Shown here piece by piece: positions 49,175-57,389 of a stretch of DNA of 64,000 nt (position 1 is the first letter of the stretch; each line of letters starts with the position of its first letter). Under the pieces are notes generated by a model. That model worked only from the letters and a program-made list of their open reading frames with translations. It was not told the DNA's origin and ran no database searches. The translations under genes and the position numbers were made by a program. This DNA comes from an uncultured delta proteobacterium (GTDB taxonomy: Bacteria > Desulfobacterota > BSN033 > UBA1163), in assembly GCA_963827685.1 (NCBI GenBank), contig CAWHBU010000001.1, forward strand, positions 352,001 to 416,000. Reading direction: 5' to 3'.

Positions 49175-49373
49175 CAGGTGGTGATCCGGTTAGGTTTGAC
49201 AGAACAGGTCATCGCCGCCAATCCGGCTGTTGAAGGAAAATTCAGGTCACGTGTTCCCCACGGAAGGTTCGGCGAAGGGGAGGAAGTTGGGAAACCGTTG
49301 TCTGGTTTTGCCCGGACAGAGCCTCGTTTGTTACAGGGCATACATGGTGATAGACGGCGGCGCTTTGGCATGA
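49175..49373 (+). pseudogene. C-terminal remnant of a short-chain dehydrogenase (SDR)
   Basis: Joined across two frameshifts it reads GVIR..LTEQVIAANP...RVPHGRFGEGEEVG / ETVVWFCPDRASFVTGHT / MVIDGGALA*. Confidence 0.7.
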
Positions 49374-49498
49374 GAACAAATTAAGGAGAAAGAATCCCGC
49401 CCTGTAGGAGGGGTCCGTTATTTGACAATCCCCCGCCGATCATTTAGTGAAAAAAGAGATTTTCCTTGGTTTAGGAAGATGAGGGGGAGACTGAACTC

Positions 49499-50164
49499 AT
49501 GAAACTTGATAGAGACCTCTATGCCTACCTCTGGCAAAGTGCTTATGAAAATAACTGCAACACTTATTTGATCCGTGGAGAGGTAACGGTTCTCATCGAT
49601 CCTGGTCATTCCCGCCATATTCCCAAACTCTTTCACCAGATGGAAGGAGATGGGGTTTCTCCAGAAGAGGTCGATCTGATCATCGTGACCCATTCTCATC
49701 CAGACCATTTTGAAGGCCTCGAGACCTTTAAGGATATGCCGGTCAAGATTGCGATGAACCACGAGGAAGAGCGCTACCTTATGGAGAATGGGAAACTCCT
49801 CTTTGACATGATGGGGCAAGCGATGCCTGAATTTCGAATCGATTTCTACCTGAAGGAAGGGGAACTCTATTTGGGTAAGGAGACCTTTCATATCTACCGG
49901 ACCCCGGGTCACTCCCCTGGCTCCCTTTCGATCCATTGGCCTGAGAGGATGGTCCTCTTCACGGGCGATCTTGTTTTTCATGGGGGCATTGGGAGAACAG
50001 ACTTTCTGGGGGGCAACTCCGAATTAATAAAGGATAGTATTGAAAGAATGTCCCGTTTGGATACGGAGCTTTTGCTTCCTGGCCATGGAGAGATGGTGGT
50101 GGGGAAGGAGGGAGTGCTTCAGAACTTTGAGTTGATACGACAGAGCTTTTATGCTTATTTATGA
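49499..50164 (+). CDS. MBL-fold metallo-hydrolase
   Basis: LIDPG, THSHPDH, TPGHSPGS, FTGD, PGHG. Confidence 0.92.
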   Translation: MKLDRDLYAYLWQSAYENNCNTYLIRGEVTVLIDPGHSRHIPKLFHQMEGDGVSPEEVDLIIVTHSHPDHFEGLETFKDMPVKIAMNHEEERYLMENGKLLFDMMGQAMPEFRIDFYLKEGELYLGKETFHIYRTPGHSPGSLSIHWPERMVLFTGDLVFHGGIGRTDFLGGNSELIKDSIERMSRLDTELLLPGHGEMVVGKEGVLQNFELIRQSFYAYL

Positions 50165-50701
50165 ACCCCTCAATTGTTCTTTGATTTCCTCTAATTTTAT
50201 CTTGTAAGAGTGATTTAATTTCTCATTTTCTTTTTTCCAGAGTTCGCTCCCTTCGAGTTTCGGCTCCACCGCACTCCCGTGGATCCTTTCTTTCCGCAGG
50301 CCCTCTATCAATTGGAGCCTCGCCTTCTCTTTGACCTTTTCCTTTTCTCCTTGGTATTGGGAATGGAGGTAGCGAAGTTTTTGTTTTACCTTGTGAATAT
50401 TTCTTTGCTCCAATGATTCAATCCCTTTGAGGATCCTTTCCTCTTCATCGTCCAGAGAGAGGGCATCGACCCATTGAGAGAGAAGAATTTCTTTCACGGT
50501 GGTCGCTGTTTTCTTCTCCATTCGCTCGATCTGCTTCAGAATTTGATTCAATGGGAGAAGTCCGTCACGGTACCGGTGAAAGAGGCTGGTTGCTTTCTGC
50601 ATGACCTCCTTTTGCTTCATCTCTTCTTTTTCCTTCTCGGAGATGGCAAACTTTTTTGTTCTCTCCATCGCCAATTCTAAGGTGGATTTAATCTCTCCCA
50701 T
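50159..50701 (-). CDS. Conserved helical hypothetical protein
   Basis: N-terminal MGEIKSTLELAMERT motif and GSAVEP; charged helical composition. Confidence 0.75.
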   Translation of the reverse strand: MGEIKSTLELAMERTKKFAISEKEKEEMKQKEVMQKATSLFHRYRDGLLPLNQILKQIERMEKKTATTVKEILLSQWVDALSLDDEEERILKGIESLEQRNIHKVKQKLRYLHSQYQGEKEKVKEKARLQLIEGLRKERIHGSAVEPKLEGSELWKKENEKLNHSYKIKLEEIKEQLRGS

Positions 50702-50722
50702 GGATCAACCCTTCTTCCAGAC

Positions 50723-50760
50723 GAAAGAGAGACCCCAGTTATTTCTGGGGTCTCTCTTTC
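50723..50760 (-). terminator. Terminator of the cold-shock gene
   Basis: GAAAGAGAGACCCCAG-ttattt-CTGGGGTCTCTCTTTC perfect stem. Confidence 0.8.
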
Positions 50761-50782
50761 ATTTATCCTAACGAGTTTCCGC

Positions 50783-50986
50783 TTATGCTAGAACCGTCAC
50801 GTCCGTCGCCTGGGGACCTTTTGGACCTTCTGAGATCTCGAATTCCACCTCATCGCCTTCGTAAAGGGTTTTGAATCCGTCCTTCTTGATGGCCGAGAAG
50901 TGAACGAATACATCGCCCCCATCCTCTCTGGAAATGAATCCGTAGCCCTTCTTCTCGTTAAACCATTTGACACGACCTTTGGCCAC
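50783..50986 (-). CDS. Cold-shock protein (CspA family)
   Basis: [29 protein letters not shown]; SD GGAGGTGA before a GTG start. Confidence 0.96.
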   Translation of the reverse strand: MAKGRVKWFNEKKGYGFISREDGGDVFVHFSAIKKDGFKTLYEGDEVEFEISEGPKGPQATDVTVLA

Positions 50987-51018
50987 TACAACTCACCTCC
51001 TCTCTTTTCTGAACTGGT

Positions 51019-51122
51019 GTAAGTTGTAATAGCCTTTGGTCCTTGCTAAAAAGCCACAAAAGTATGAACTCAAACTTTTGTGGCTTTTTTTACGATCCAA
51101 ACAACTACTCCTTACAACTTAC
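51019..51122 (-). promoter_or_regulatory. Structured 5' leader of the cold-shock gene
   Basis: Outer 11-bp IR (51019-51029 / 51112-51122) enclosing a 16-bp hairpin (51048-51063 / 51074-51089). Confidence 0.65.
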
Positions 51123-51343
51123 TGTGGCTAAATTATGTGAAAATCTTTTTCAAAAGTCAAGTCTTTTTTCAGAGAGCCCTGAGAAATGACTAAGTCCTCT
51201 CTTGATCACGCAGATTTCAAAAATGGTTAAGAAAAATTTAGGGATTTCTCGAGTTTTCCGAAAATCTCTTTTAATCTGAAGGAATGGATTTACGGAATGA
51301 AACCGTTGAGGCATAATACGTTGAAGAAAAGGACCAAGAAGAT

Positions 51344-51881
51344 ATGTTTTTTAAGACTTGTTTTTGCTGGATCATTCTATGGACACTTTTTCTCCCCATT
51401 CCCTATTCCTTTTCAGGAGAAATTTATCGTTGGACGGATGAAAAGGGAACGGTCCATTTAACCGACGATAAATCCAAGGTTCCTGAACGATATGCTGATC
51501 AGGCGGAGAGAATAGAGATCCAGAAAGAAACTTTGGAAGAGGTTGAGAAAACCGGACAACCGGAGGAAAGGCCTGACCGCGTGAAGGATTATTTAGAGAA
51601 GATTGAGAAGAAGATAGAGACGAAGAAAAGCATGGAGAAAAAGATTTCTGAGTTGGAGGAAGATTTGAGATTGTCCGAGGAGAGCTTAAAAAAAATTCAG
51701 GAATATGAAAGAGGAATACCTCTATTATCAGCCATTTAGGGACCCGAACACGGGGAAATGGGTTCTTGTCGCTTCGCCCTTTCATGAAGAGGAGAGGAGG
51801 TTAAAGGCCAAGATTGATGCCATCCGAGCTGAAATAAAGTCGATTCAAGAGAAGCTTTCGAAATTAATGAGGAGCTTATGA
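51344..51881 (+). pseudogene. Secreted DUF4124 + coiled-coil protein, frameshift near 51710
   Basis: IYRWTDEKGTVHLTD; after YE the coiled coil continues in another frame (EEYLYYQPFRDPNTGKW...KLMRSL*) to TGA 51879. Confidence 0.65.
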
Positions 51882-51928
51882 AAAACTATAATTTATTGAA
51901 ATTAAAACGGAAACCTAATATTTTTTTC

Positions 51929-51973
51929 TTGACACTATAAACATATTGTATTATATTGTATTTCAAATTGTAT
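51929..51973 (+). promoter_or_regulatory. Sigma70 promoter overlapped by direct repeats
   Basis: TTGACA-17-TATATT; ATATTGTATT twice in tandem (51943-51962) plus a third ATTGTAT at 51967. Confidence 0.65.
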
Positions 51974-51986
51974 AGAGGGGGTTTCT

Positions 51987-52169
51987 TTGGCACAGAAAAA
52001 GGTTGCCCGTACCATTTACATTAAAGACGAACAAATGGAGGCCTTAAAGAGGTTATCTGAGAAGACCAAAGTCCCTCAGTCCGTCTATGTTAGGGAGGCT
52101 TTGGATATGCTCTTGGAAAAATATTCTGAACAACTGAAATTCGAATTTAAAGAGTATTTCAAAGGATAA
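51987..52169 (+). CDS. Ribbon-helix-helix DNA-binding protein, CdbA-like
   Basis: KKVARTIYI strand followed by two helices (EQMEALKRLSEKTKVP, YVREALDMLLEKY); matches the remembered Myxococcus CdbA pattern KK.STTIYI..EQ...LK.L...TKVP...Y.R...D..LEKY. Confidence 0.8.
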   Translation: MAQKKVARTIYIKDEQMEALKRLSEKTKVPQSVYVREALDMLLEKYSEQLKFEFKEYFKG

Positions 52170-52209
52170 CCTCTTTGAAAGCATCTCAGGGCTGGAATGG
52201 AAAGGTAAC

Positions 52210-52962
52210 GTGGATCGTTTCCGATTAAGTTACTTAAAATCAACAGAATTTGAAAGATTGGAGTTTGATGAATCTTTTTCATACAATGATGCCAGAAAAA
52301 CGACAAATCCCCCCTCTCTTTCTCCAGAATTCAATATGCCGGAGACTCTTTCCTCCGAAGCCATTCTAAAACAGGCGAAGGCTGATCTGAAGAATTCCGA
52401 TTCGAAGATAAGAATCTTGGCGATAAAATACTATTTGGAAAAATCTTATCCCTCCATTCCCCTGTCTCTTCTTCAGGAAATTTTATCTGATCGAGACCCG
52501 GATGTCAGAGCCGAAGCGCTCCGTTGCCTTATTAAATTTAGAAGCCCTATCGTTTCCCCTTTATTAAGAAAATATCTTAAGGATAGCGATCCAAGGGTCA
52601 GGATCGCTGTCCTCCGAGGAATGCTCCAATATCAAGAAAAAGTCGACCTAAACATCCTTCTTCAATCTTTGAGCGATGAATCTCCTTGGGTGAGACGGAA
52701 AGTGGCTACCGTATTAGGGTGGACACAAAGAGAGGGGGCCTTACCCATCCTGATAGAATTGTCAAAGGATCAGGACCCAAAGGTAAGAAGGGCAGCTCTT
52801 TTTTCTCTGGTCACCCTTTATCCTGATGAGAGTGAGGATCGTTTGATGGAGGCCATGACCGATTCCGATCCGGGTCTTCGAAAATGGGCGAAAACGACTT
52901 TAGAAAAAATAGCGGCTGGACCGTTGAAAAGAAAAACGGCTTCTCTTACAAAACGAGGTTGA
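52210..52962 (+). CDS. HEAT-repeat protein, in the position of PomY
   Basis: Repeats LSDRDPDVRAEAL, LKDSDPRVRIAVL, LSDESPWVRRKVA, SKDQDPKVRRAAL, MTDSDPGLRKWA. Confidence 0.85.
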   Translation: MDRFRLSYLKSTEFERLEFDESFSYNDARKTTNPPSLSPEFNMPETLSSEAILKQAKADLKNSDSKIRILAIKYYLEKSYPSIPLSLLQEILSDRDPDVRAEALRCLIKFRSPIVSPLLRKYLKDSDPRVRIAVLRGMLQYQEKVDLNILLQSLSDESPWVRRKVATVLGWTQREGALPILIELSKDQDPKVRRAALFSLVTLYPDESEDRLMEAMTDSDPGLRKWAKTTLEKIAAGPLKRKTASLTKRG

Positions 52963-52979
52963 GGACGAAAAAAGGATCC

Positions 52980-53990
52980 ATGGTGACACGCTCATTACCC
53001 CTTATTCAAAGGGCTCAGATTCTCGGAGACGTCATCTACTCGCCGATGGCCTTTGCCAAGCTCCTCGGGATTTCTAAGCACGATCTCCTTGAGAAAGAGG
53101 CGAAAGGAATCCTTCCCCCTGCAAAGAGGGATTCCAATCAGGAACGCTATTATAAGCCAGAGGATGTCAGCAAGTATCGCGCCTACCTGGGACTTCCTTC
53201 CCCCCTCCCATCCATCCGCAAACAGCTCTTTCTCAACTTTAAAGGGGGAACAGGGAAGAGCACGATCTCCGCTTCTTATGGTTTTCGCCTTGCCCAGATG
53301 GGAGCCCGGACATTACTGATCGATTTAGATCCACAAGGCCATCTCACACAATGCCTAGGCCTCAACAGCCAACAGTTCCCCAAAACCCTGTTCCATGCCC
53401 TGATCGAGAAGGAAGAGATGGAAAAGGTCATCGTCAAGACGGATCTCCCCACATTGGATATAATCCCCTCGAACCTGAACCTCTCACCCGTAGAGCTCTC
53501 GCTCTTTTCCATGAATTCAAGAGAGTTCCGATTAAGGAGGCTGATCAGTTCTGTGGAGAAAAACTACGAACTGATTGTGATGGACGCCTCCCCCAGCATC
53601 GGGCTCTTAAACCTGAATGCGATCCTCGCCTCCAACGATCTCATCATCCCCGTCTTGGCCGATTTTCTTTCCTACCATGGGCTCAAGATTCTTTTCGAGA
53701 CCCTCTCCACGATCGAAGAGGATTTTTCATTTGTTTTTGAGAATATCTTCATCTTCCTGAACCGCTACAATGAGTCTCATCGAATCTGCAAACGTTCGAA
53801 GAAGGCGCTGGAGACCCACTATGACAAATACCTCCTCAGCACCGTGATCCGTCAAGATACCAAGATCGCAGAGGCAACGAGTCAAGGAAGCCCGATCTTC
53901 CTGTTCGCCCAATCGTCAAAGGGCGCGGCGGATATCCAGAGCCTGATCGATGAAATATTAGAACCGAAAGGAGCTGATCATGTCAGATGA
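52980..53990 (+). CDS. pomZ: ParA/MinD-family ATPase with N-terminal MerR-like HTH; PomZ-like
   Basis: Deviant Walker A in RKQLFLNFKGGTGKS; IDLDPQGH; PVLADFLSYHGLKILFET; SSKGAADIQ. These segments match Myxococcus PomZ as remembered. Confidence 0.8.
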   Translation: MVTRSLPLIQRAQILGDVIYSPMAFAKLLGISKHDLLEKEAKGILPPAKRDSNQERYYKPEDVSKYRAYLGLPSPLPSIRKQLFLNFKGGTGKSTISASYGFRLAQMGARTLLIDLDPQGHLTQCLGLNSQQFPKTLFHALIEKEEMEKVIVKTDLPTLDIIPSNLNLSPVELSLFSMNSREFRLRRLISSVEKNYELIVMDASPSIGLLNLNAILASNDLIIPVLADFLSYHGLKILFETLSTIEEDFSFVFENIFIFLNRYNESHRICKRSKKALETHYDKYLLSTVIRQDTKIAEATSQGSPIFLFAQSSKGAADIQSLIDEILEPKGADHVR

Positions 53991-54312
53991 ATTCACGAAC
54001 AACGTGGCACAAAAATTCCCCAACACACTGAATAAAGAGCCGATTGAAAGGCCTTGGGATGTTGCGGAAGCCCGTCCCCTCTCTCCTTTGAAGAAACTTG
54101 TGGAAGAATCCAAAAAGGATGATTTGACCGAACGGATCGATACGCTTTATTCTGAGCTTCGTTCCTCTTTGACGGTGCGGTCTGCGCTGGAATTCGATCT
54201 GAAGAAGGCCAATCGAATTCTTGAAGAGGTGAACCGGGTCAAAGCAGAAGTCGAAAAGATTGTCGAGATGTTGAGGGTGATGGATGGATACATGAAAGAA
54301 CGAATCAAGTAA
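53980..54312 (+). CDS. Short coiled-coil protein with a PomX-like N-terminal peptide
   Basis: N-terminus FTNNVAQKFP; heptad-rich C-terminal half; overlaps the end of the ParA gene. Confidence 0.7.
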   Translation: MSDEFTNNVAQKFPNTLNKEPIERPWDVAEARPLSPLKKLVEESKKDDLTERIDTLYSELRSSLTVRSALEFDLKKANRILEEVNRVKAEVEKIVEMLRVMDGYMKERIK

Positions 54313-54386
54313 TCCCCTTCCCTCCCTTTCCCGGAGACGGGGAAAGAAGGAATGAGGGAGGGTCGAATGGCTGAGGAGGGTATAGG

Positions 54387-55202
54387 ATGAAACCAAGAAG
54401 TCAGGTGATGACGGCCGATGGATTCGATACGAATGTTGCCGAAAAGATGCCGAAGATTAGAAAGCTGGAAGAACCCCTTCCCTCACCCCTGGAAATGGAA
54501 CCCCAGTTACTGGAAGAAGATTATCACGAGCCTGTACCAGAAATGAGAATTCCGGAGAAGCAGGTAGAGAGGAAGATGATCTTCGAATCTCCAAAGAAAG
54601 GGATCGAGACCGAACAGAGTCTGGACGTCCTGAAACTGATCGAAGACCTTCATGCTCAGCTCCTTGCCTCGGCCCAGACCAAGAGGGCTCTGGAGATGGA
54701 CCTGGCTTCTTACAAGAAGAGCATCCATCAATTGGCCCAAGATAATCAAGAATTACGTCGCCAGTGGGAAGCCCTGAGCAGAGAGCATCAGAGGCTCAAA
54801 GAGTTGCAGTCCGAATCGATCTATCTTCAAGAGGAGAATGCAGACGCCTTGGAGCGAATCAAAGAATTTCAACAGGAATTGAGAGAGATGAGGGAAGCCT
54901 TGGCCAAAGCCACTCAGGAAAGAGAGGAAGCCTTCGATCGAATTCGTGATCTGGAATCCCAGATGGAACAGAACGAGGTGGTTAAAATCAAAGGAAAGTT
55001 AAAGGAGAGAGAAGCCTCCGTTTTCTCTGAGGAGAACCGGGAACTCCAATCCAAACTGGAGGAGGCCCTCACCCAGAATAGGGATCTGGAGAAAAAGTAC
55101 GAAACCTTGAAAAAATCCTTTAATGAAGTGAGAGAATCTCTCACCTTTTTAAGGGATTCCTGCAAAGTAAATTACTACAACCTATCGGAGACCCCTGAAT
55201 AA
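54387..55202 (+). CDS. Long coiled-coil protein, PomX-like
   Basis: N-terminus FDTNVAEKMPKIRKL, then a Pro/Glu-rich linker and a long uninterrupted coiled coil. Confidence 0.75.
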   Translation: MKPRSQVMTADGFDTNVAEKMPKIRKLEEPLPSPLEMEPQLLEEDYHEPVPEMRIPEKQVERKMIFESPKKGIETEQSLDVLKLIEDLHAQLLASAQTKRALEMDLASYKKSIHQLAQDNQELRRQWEALSREHQRLKELQSESIYLQEENADALERIKEFQQELREMREALAKATQEREEAFDRIRDLESQMEQNEVVKIKGKLKEREASVFSEENRELQSKLEEALTQNRDLEKKYETLKKSFNEVRESLTFLRDSCKVNYYNLSETPE

Positions 55203-55330
55203 AATCGAAAATTCTTGACATCCTCCAGTAATTAAAGTATAAAGTAATTATTTATTCGTTTGCTCGCCGTTTTTTATCCCCTCTCGGTACCTGTTCCACA
55301 CAGAAGGGAATATTTCAAAGGAGAGCCGTT

Positions 55331-57019
55331 TTGAAAATTCGATTGATCGATCCAGCCTATGAGCACCCTTACATCAGCCACTCGCAAAAGGTAATTAAGA
55401 ACATCTGGTTTGCCCGCCTCACGCTGACCGCGTTGGCTGCACTCACCCCCTCGAATATCGAAGTGAATATCACGGATGAGAATGTCGAGCCCATTGACTT
55501 TGAAGAGGAGGTGGATCTGGTCGGTGTGACCGGAATGGTGATGCATGCTCCAAGGGCTTACGAGATCGCACAGAGGTTTCGTCAGAGAGAGATCCCGGTC
55601 GTCATGGGCGGACCTCATGCCTCAAGCCTTCCCCTCGAAGCCAAGCAGCATGTGGATGCGGTGGTCATCGGTGAAGCGGAGAATGTCTGGGGAGGATTGA
55701 TTGAAGATTTTAAGAAGGGATGCCTCAAACCTTTCTATCAGGCGGAGTCCTTCTGCTCGATGGAAAGACTCCCCTTTCCGAGGCTTGATCTCCTTCATAA
55801 AGATGCCTACATGACAATCAACTGTGTCCAAACGACCCGGGGTTGTCCTCACCAATGTGATTTTTGTCATGTCACGCATTTTTTTGGAAAGACTTATCGC
55901 TGTCGGCCGGTGGATGAAGTGATTGAAGAGGTGAAGCGGTTAGAAGGGGATTTTCTTGTTTTCATCGATGACAATATCGCTGGAAACCCCCGCTATGCCA
56001 AAGAGCTCTTTACCCGATTGAAGCCCCTCAAAAAGAAATGGGCCAGCCAGGCCAGTATGACCCTGACCCGGGACCCCGAACTCCTGAGACTTGCTGCGGA
56101 GAGCGGATGTGTCTCTTTGTTCATCGGGGTCGAATCCCTCTCTTCGGAAAACTTGAAGGATGTGAATAAAAGCTTTAATCAAGTCCACCAATTTGAGGAA
56201 GCCATGAAAGCCGTTCACGACCACGACATCTTGATCGTGGCCGGGTTCATTTTTGGATTGGATCATGATGATGAAGGGGTCTTTGAAAGGACGCTTCGAT
56301 TTTGTGAACGGAATCGAATTGAATTGCCCAGTTTCTTCATTCTCACCCCCTTACCCGGGACGGCTTTATTCCAAAGGATGGAGTCAGAGGGCAGGCTCCT
56401 GCATAAAGATTGGAGTCAATATAATGGAGCCACAGTTGTTTTCAAGCCGAGATTGATGACCGAAGAGACGCTTCAGCGCGGATTTAATTGGGCATGCAAA
56501 GAGGGATATTCCTGGGGTTCCATCTTTAAAAGGGTTTGCCATCCCCAACAACGATTCGTCACTCGAGTCCTTTCGAATATCGCCTACCGAAGCATTGCGC
56601 AGAGGACACCGGAGGGTTATCTTCCAAGCCTTTCACGAATTTTGCAGAGGATGAATGATACCATCCCTCTCCACAATACTCGGGACTTGATTCAGCGGGT
56701 GGGGGAGAAAATTGCCGAGAGGAAACTTCGGATTGGTCAAAAAGCCGCCGATACGCTCAAACTCTATTCTATTTATAACGAGCGGGTTAGAACCCTGTTC
56801 GTCAGACTCGAGGGATCGATGGATCGGGAGGGAGCGAAAGAGTTGGTAGAGAGGCTTAAAGGAGTTTTACATGTAAAGATCCAGAAAGTCATCCTTGACT
56901 TCAAAGATGTTGGAGCTTTTTCCTCAGAGGCGATCTCCCTGCTCTCCAGAAAAGGTCTTCTTCAGACAGAAGAAGGAAAACTCTGGATCGCTGTGAACCC
57001 ACCGGGCATCCTTGGTTAG
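55331..57019 (+). CDS. B12-binding radical SAM protein with C-terminal STAS-like domain
   Basis: VVMGGPHAS, RGCPHQCDFC, FIDDN, IGVES, LTPLPGT; tail VRLEGSMD...VILDFKDVGAFSSEAISLL. Confidence 0.88.
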   Translation: MKIRLIDPAYEHPYISHSQKVIKNIWFARLTLTALAALTPSNIEVNITDENVEPIDFEEEVDLVGVTGMVMHAPRAYEIAQRFRQREIPVVMGGPHASSLPLEAKQHVDAVVIGEAENVWGGLIEDFKKGCLKPFYQAESFCSMERLPFPRLDLLHKDAYMTINCVQTTRGCPHQCDFCHVTHFFGKTYRCRPVDEVIEEVKRLEGDFLVFIDDNIAGNPRYAKELFTRLKPLKKKWASQASMTLTRDPELLRLAAESGCVSLFIGVESLSSENLKDVNKSFNQVHQFEEAMKAVHDHDILIVAGFIFGLDHDDEGVFERTLRFCERNRIELPSFFILTPLPGTALFQRMESEGRLLHKDWSQYNGATVVFKPRLMTEETLQRGFNWACKEGYSWGSIFKRVCHPQQRFVTRVLSNIAYRSIAQRTPEGYLPSLSRILQRMNDTIPLHNTRDLIQRVGEKIAERKLRIGQKAADTLKLYSIYNERVRTLFVRLEGSMDREGAKELVERLKGVLHVKIQKVILDFKDVGAFSSEAISLLSRKGLLQTEEGKLWIAVNPPGILG

Positions 57020-57060
57020 TTTTCCTCCCTGCCTGTTGACAAACAAAAAAGAAGAACTCT

Positions 57061-57252
57061 TTATCTTGAAAACCGGCGAGCTGCTCTCTGTCTTCTCCTC
57101 CTCGCCTCCTGCTGTTTTCTTTTCTTTTTCACGGAAGGTTTCTCGTAGGACCTTCTTTTCTTCAATTCCTTCAAGATCCCATCCCTGGCGAGTTGGCGCT
57201 TCAACGTTTTGATCGCATTCTCGATCTGGTTGTCTTGAACTTTAACTTCCAA
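57061..57252 (-). CDS. rpsU: 30S ribosomal protein S21
   Basis: IENAIKTLKR...GILKELKKRRSYEKPSVKK; TTG start after a GAGGAG SD. Confidence 0.93.
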   Translation of the reverse strand: MEVKVQDNQIENAIKTLKRQLARDGILKELKKRRSYEKPSVKKKRKQQEARRRRQRAARRFSR

Positions 57253-57389
57253 CGACCTCTCCTCTACCCCGTTAGAAAACCACACTTTTAACGCGTGGAC
57301 GAGCCATATTCAGAATTGGAATACCTTTGATAAAAGACAATGTTAAAACCCTGTCATTTCTAACGGGGTTTCCTTTCTGTAAATCGGGT

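Noticed and set aside
52980-53990. ParA as a plasmid or prophage partition gene
   Set aside because: No parB, replication, integrase or phage genes nearby; flanked by core genes such as csp, rpsU and nfnAB.
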